Assembly: GCA_963756875.1 (NCBI GenBank) | Contig: CAVWPA010000003.1 | Coordinates: 864,001-928,000 of the forward strand | Origin: an uncultured Verrucomicrobiae bacterium | Lineage (GTDB): Bacteria > Verrucomicrobiota > Verrucomicrobiia > Chthoniobacterales > UBA10450 | Direction: 5' to 3' | DNA: 64,000 nt | In this document: positions 61,181 through 64,000 of the stretch, in pieces | Position numbering within the stretch: position 1 is the stretch's first letter | Layout of the letters: every line of letters begins with the position of its first letter | Notes under the pieces: generated by a model | The model's input: only the letters and a program-made list of their open reading frames with translations | What the model was told of the DNA's origin: nothing | The model's database searches: none | Translations under genes and position numbers: made by a program

Positions 61181-62371
61181 CTATCCGTTGAAAAACTGCG
61201 CAATGGCATCCACCACGTAACGCTGCGAGTCGCGAGAGATTTCCGGATAAATTGGCAGCGCAAGCGTTTCTCGCGCCGCTCGTTCGGTTTCCGGCAAATC
61301 GCCGGGTTTGTAACCCAGATAAGCGAAGCATTCCTGTTCGTGCACTCCAAGCGGATAGTAGACCGCCGTCTCGATTTCTTGCTTCGCCAAGTACCGACGC
61401 AATTCGTCGCGACTTGGTGTCCGAACCACAAATTGGTGATAAATATGATGGTTCGTCAGGCCCAGCTTGCGGTAGGGCTCGGCCGGTGCTGTTATCTTTG
61501 CGTTCAGATCGCGCCGTTCGATTTCTGCACGGTAAAAATCGGCTGCAGCGCGTCGCGAGGCCGACCAACCACTTAAATGTGGCAGCTTTACGGTCAGAAT
61601 CGCCGCCTGGATTTCGTCCAACCTGAAGTTGCCGCCGATAAATTGATGATAATAGCGCGGCTCCATTCCGTGTTGCCGGCAAACGCGCAATCGCTTTCCC
61701 AGGTCGTCGTCACGGCAAACAATCAGCCCCGCGTCCCCTGCGGCGCCGAGGTTTTTGGATGGATAAAAACTGAAACATCCCACTTTACCCATTGTTCCGG
61801 CTTTGGAGGGACTCGCGTGCCCGCCGGGATATTCTGCGCCAATCGCCTGAGCAGCGTCTTCAATAATCGTAAGGCCGTACTCCCGAGAGACCTCGCGAAC
61901 GACATCCATCTCGCAGCACAAACCGAAGAGATGGACAGGAACAATCGCGCATATTTTTTGCCCGCTCTTGCTGACCAAGGCCCCATTGGATTTGCGGCAG
62001 CGATTTTCGAGGTAGTCCCTGAGCGCCGTGGGGGAGATGTTGTAGCTGGCTCGATCGATATCGACGAAGAGCGGCGTTGCGCCGACTCGGGCGATGCATC
62101 CCGCAGTAGCAAAGAAGCTGTAGGCGCTTGTGATCACGGCGTCGCCCGGCCCAATTCCGAGAGCCATCAGAACGGCAAGTAGAGCATCGGTCCCGGATGA
62201 GACACCGATGGCGTGAGGCACGCCGCAGTAATCGCTCATCGCCTTTTCAAATGCCTGCACTTTCGGGCCAAGCACGAACCGTTGGCTCGCGAGTACTTCT
62301 TCCACCTGTTCCCGGATTTGCTCCGCGAGACAGCCATATTGCTGGCTCAGATCAAGGAGTGGGACGTGCAT
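61181..62371 (-). CDS. DegT/DnrJ/EryC1/StrS sugar aminotransferase
   Basis: SSGTDAL, PVHLFG, EDAAQA, FSFYPSKNLGA.GDAG, NFRLDEIQAA, LALPIYP. Confidence 0.93.
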   Translation of the reverse strand: MHVPLLDLSQQYGCLAEQIREQVEEVLASQRFVLGPKVQAFEKAMSDYCGVPHAIGVSSGTDALLAVLMALGIGPGDAVITSAYSFFATAGCIARVGATPLFVDIDRASYNISPTALRDYLENRCRKSNGALVSKSGQKICAIVPVHLFGLCCEMDVVREVSREYGLTIIEDAAQAIGAEYPGGHASPSKAGTMGKVGCFSFYPSKNLGAAGDAGLIVCRDDDLGKRLRVCRQHGMEPRYYHQFIGGNFRLDEIQAAILTVKLPHLSGWSASRRAAADFYRAEIERRDLNAKITAPAEPYRKLGLTNHHIYHQFVVRTPSRDELRRYLAKQEIETAVYYPLGVHEQECFAYLGYKPGDLPETERAARETLALPIYPEISRDSQRYVVDAIAQFFNG

Positions 62372-62446
62372 CGCGCGAATAGCTTGGCAGTTTCACCCAG
62401 TGGTTCAATTCGAACTTTGGGTCTGGCCCCATTTCACAGAGATGGG

Positions 62447-62582
62447 GTAGTGTTCGCTGATTGTCGGCCCCCGGGGGAAATACTGCCCTCACCTGGTCCG
62501 GCGGCTGCCGGATCCTCCTCTCCTGAGGGAGAGGACTGAGGTGAGGGCCAGTCACGTGCAACTGACAATCGACCAACAGTAC
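62447..62582. mobile_element. MITE family B (136 bp) carrying a CCCTCACC/GGTGAGGG palindrome
   Basis: Imperfect TIR GTAGTGTTCGCTGATTGTC / GACAATCGACCAACAGTAC. Flanks CAGAGATGGG / CAGAAATGGG (9/10). Confidence 0.7.
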
Positions 62583-62645
62583 CAGAAATGGGGTTCCGAC
62601 AGCATGCGATTGACCGGGGAGTTCGTCTAAGTTAACCTTCCGGTC

Positions 62646-62822
62646 ATGCGTGTGATCCGCGGGTTGTTTTGGCTCGCTCTCTTCGTTTTTTTCACGTTTT
62701 GCTTCATCGTTCTTTTCGAATATGGAACGGCTGATTTCACGACCGGCTTTCAGAAGGAGTTCGCGCGCGTCAAGTCATTCGTAGTCAAGCAAACGAACAA
62801 CGCGGAGAAGCCGAAAAAATAG
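62646..62822 (+). CDS. 58-aa single-TM small protein
   Basis: Below the ORF-track cutoff. MRVIRGLFWLALFVFFTFCFIVLFEYGTADFTTGFQKEFARVKSFVVKQTNNAEKPKK fills the intergenic gap. Confidence 0.65.
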   Translation: MRVIRGLFWLALFVFFTFCFIVLFEYGTADFTTGFQKEFARVKSFVVKQTNNAEKPKK

Positions 62823-62843
62823 CGCTGTCGCTTGGCTTGCGCT

Positions 62844-63716
62844 TTACTCGACGAACTCGGGTTCGATTGGATTTTCGATATAGCCGGCGCTCTGTGCCTC
62901 GTTTAAAAACTGGCGGATGGCCTTGCGCCCGGTGTCGCCATAGTCACGCGTGTAGTCGTTCACGTACATGCCGATGAATTTGCCCGCGAGGCTGGAGTCC
63001 ATGTCGCGCGCGTAGCTCATTGAATAGTCCACTGCTTCGCGACGATGGCTCAGGCCATAATCGATGCTTTCGCGCATGATTTGCAAAAGGTCGCGGCGGA
63101 CTTCTGGCGAAATATCTTTTCGCAACACGTTCCCGCCAAGCGGCAGGGGCAGTCCGGTCCTGTGCTTCCACCATTCGCCAAGATCGACAATTTTTTCAAA
63201 GCCCGATTGCGCGTAGGTCAACTGGCCTTCGTGAATGATTAGCCCGGCGTCGGCGCGGCCGTTTTTGACCGTGTCAAAAATTTGGTCGAATGGCACAACG
63301 ATGTGCTTGAAATCACCCAGATAAAGTTGGAGCGCGAGATAAGCACTTGTCATCCGCCCAGGAACAGCAATGACGCAATTGCGCAGCCACTCGCGATCTT
63401 CATTAAGCGTTGGGCGTTGGATGTTCGGCGTTCGGCGTTGTCTTATAACAAGCGGCCCGTAGCCGTCTCCCATGCTGGCGCCGCACGGCAATAAAGCATA
63501 TTTGGCCGCAACGTATGCGTAGGCATGGATGGAGATTGCGGAGATGTGCAATTCGCCGCGAAGCGCCCGCTCGTTCAGTGTTTGAATGTCTTCCAGTCGA
63601 TGCTCAAAGCGATAGCCGCGCAGATCGATTTTGTTTTTCGCCATCGCGTAAAACATGAATGCGTCGTCCGGATCGGGCGAATGTCCGAGCGTGAAAACCT
63701 CTGGGCGGGACCTCAT
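62844..63716 (-). CDS. mqnD: MqnD-family (MqnA/MqnD) futalosine-pathway menaquinone enzyme
   Basis: GHSPDPDDAFMF, DIQTLN, GDGYGP, AVPG..TSA, IIHEGQLTY, DLGEWW...GLPLPLG, MYVN. Confidence 0.88.
   Translation of the reverse strand: MRSRPEVFTLGHSPDPDDAFMFYAMAKNKIDLRGYRFEHRLEDIQTLNERALRGELHISAISIHAYAYVAAKYALLPCGASMGDGYGPLVIRQRRTPNIQRPTLNEDREWLRNCVIAVPGRMTSAYLALQLYLGDFKHIVVPFDQIFDTVKNGRADAGLIIHEGQLTYAQSGFEKIVDLGEWWKHRTGLPLPLGGNVLRKDISPEVRRDLLQIMRESIDYGLSHRREAVDYSMSYARDMDSSLAGKFIGMYVNDYTRDYGDTGRKAIRQFLNEAQSAGYIENPIEPEFVE
63405..63439. repeat. Heptamer array (5 units) inside the mqnD coding sequence
   Basis: Minus strand reads aacgccg aacgccg aacatcc aacgccc aacgctt, the same unit as 8062-8096 and 9086-9166. 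Confidence 0.8.
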
Positions 63717-63783
63717 GGCCGCATGCTATCTTTGACGTCGACGCTACGCAACAACGCCTCGCGTGCGCCATTGCTATTTGCGT

Positions 63784-63802
63784 TATCGGAACTGTTCCGA
63801 TA
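63784..63802. promoter_or_regulatory. Perfect palindrome between divergent mqnD and parB
   Basis: TATCGGAAC-T-GTTCCGATA. Confidence 0.5.
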
Positions 63803-63813
63803 GCCTGAGGCAC

Positions 63814-64000
63814 ATGGCGAAATCCGGTCTTGGCAAGGGTCTGGGCGCGCTCATTGGTGCGCGGCCGTCCGCCATCCGGCCGGATGTCGCCCCAGGCGAA
63901 ACGATCCATCACGTCGGTCTGGACAGCATTGTTCCCAGCCCGTTGCAGCCTCGCAAGGATTTCGCATCTGAAGCGCTGCAGGAGCTGATGGCTTCCATTC
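63814..64000 (+). CDS. parB: ParB/Spo0J partition protein, N-terminus (runs off the right edge)
   Basis: MAKSGLGKGLGALI...IVPSPLQPRKDF...LQELMASI, translated manually. Confidence 0.9.
   Translation, partial: MAKSGLGKGLGALIGARPSAIRPDVAPGETIHHVGLDSIVPSPLQPRKDFASEALQELMASI

Overview
A 64 kb, GC-rich, gene-dense bacterial chromosome segment. The gene complement (RNase HIII, split coaC/coaB, type III pantothenate kinase, type I AroD, MqnD, TMTC-like TPR proteins) suggests a soil Verrucomicrobiota of the Chthoniobacterales/Spartobacteria type; this is an inference, not a database result. Most genes are housekeeping or envelope genes: coaB, coaC, gmk, yicC, trpB, mutY, rnhC, HU, rpsT, pdhABC, dgt, aroD, ribE, gpmI, hemB, coaX, rsmB, ugd, lptD, tRNA-Tyr, mqnD and the start of parB. 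I found no CRISPR array, prophage or transposase. Six genes carry single-base frameshifts that look like assembly errors. The most unusual stretch is 35.7-43.9 kb. It holds (1) a TonB-dependent transporter with a Lys-rich GK(E/D) insertion in a predicted periplasmic turn, (2) a small exported protein that is essentially a free TonB-box/plug N-terminus, (3) a candidate structured ncRNA behind a palindrome-covered -35 box, (4) a transglutaminase-like Cys-His-Asp enzyme, (5) an exported beta-sandwich protein with the same GK(D/E) motif, and (6) an alkaline-phosphatase homologue missing its catalytic residues. The intergenic DNA holds nested miniature elements: two MITE families with target-site duplications that carry REP palindromes, several REP doublets, and heptamer arrays, one of them inside mqnD. 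A ketosynthase/chain-length-factor-like pair sits upstream of lptD.
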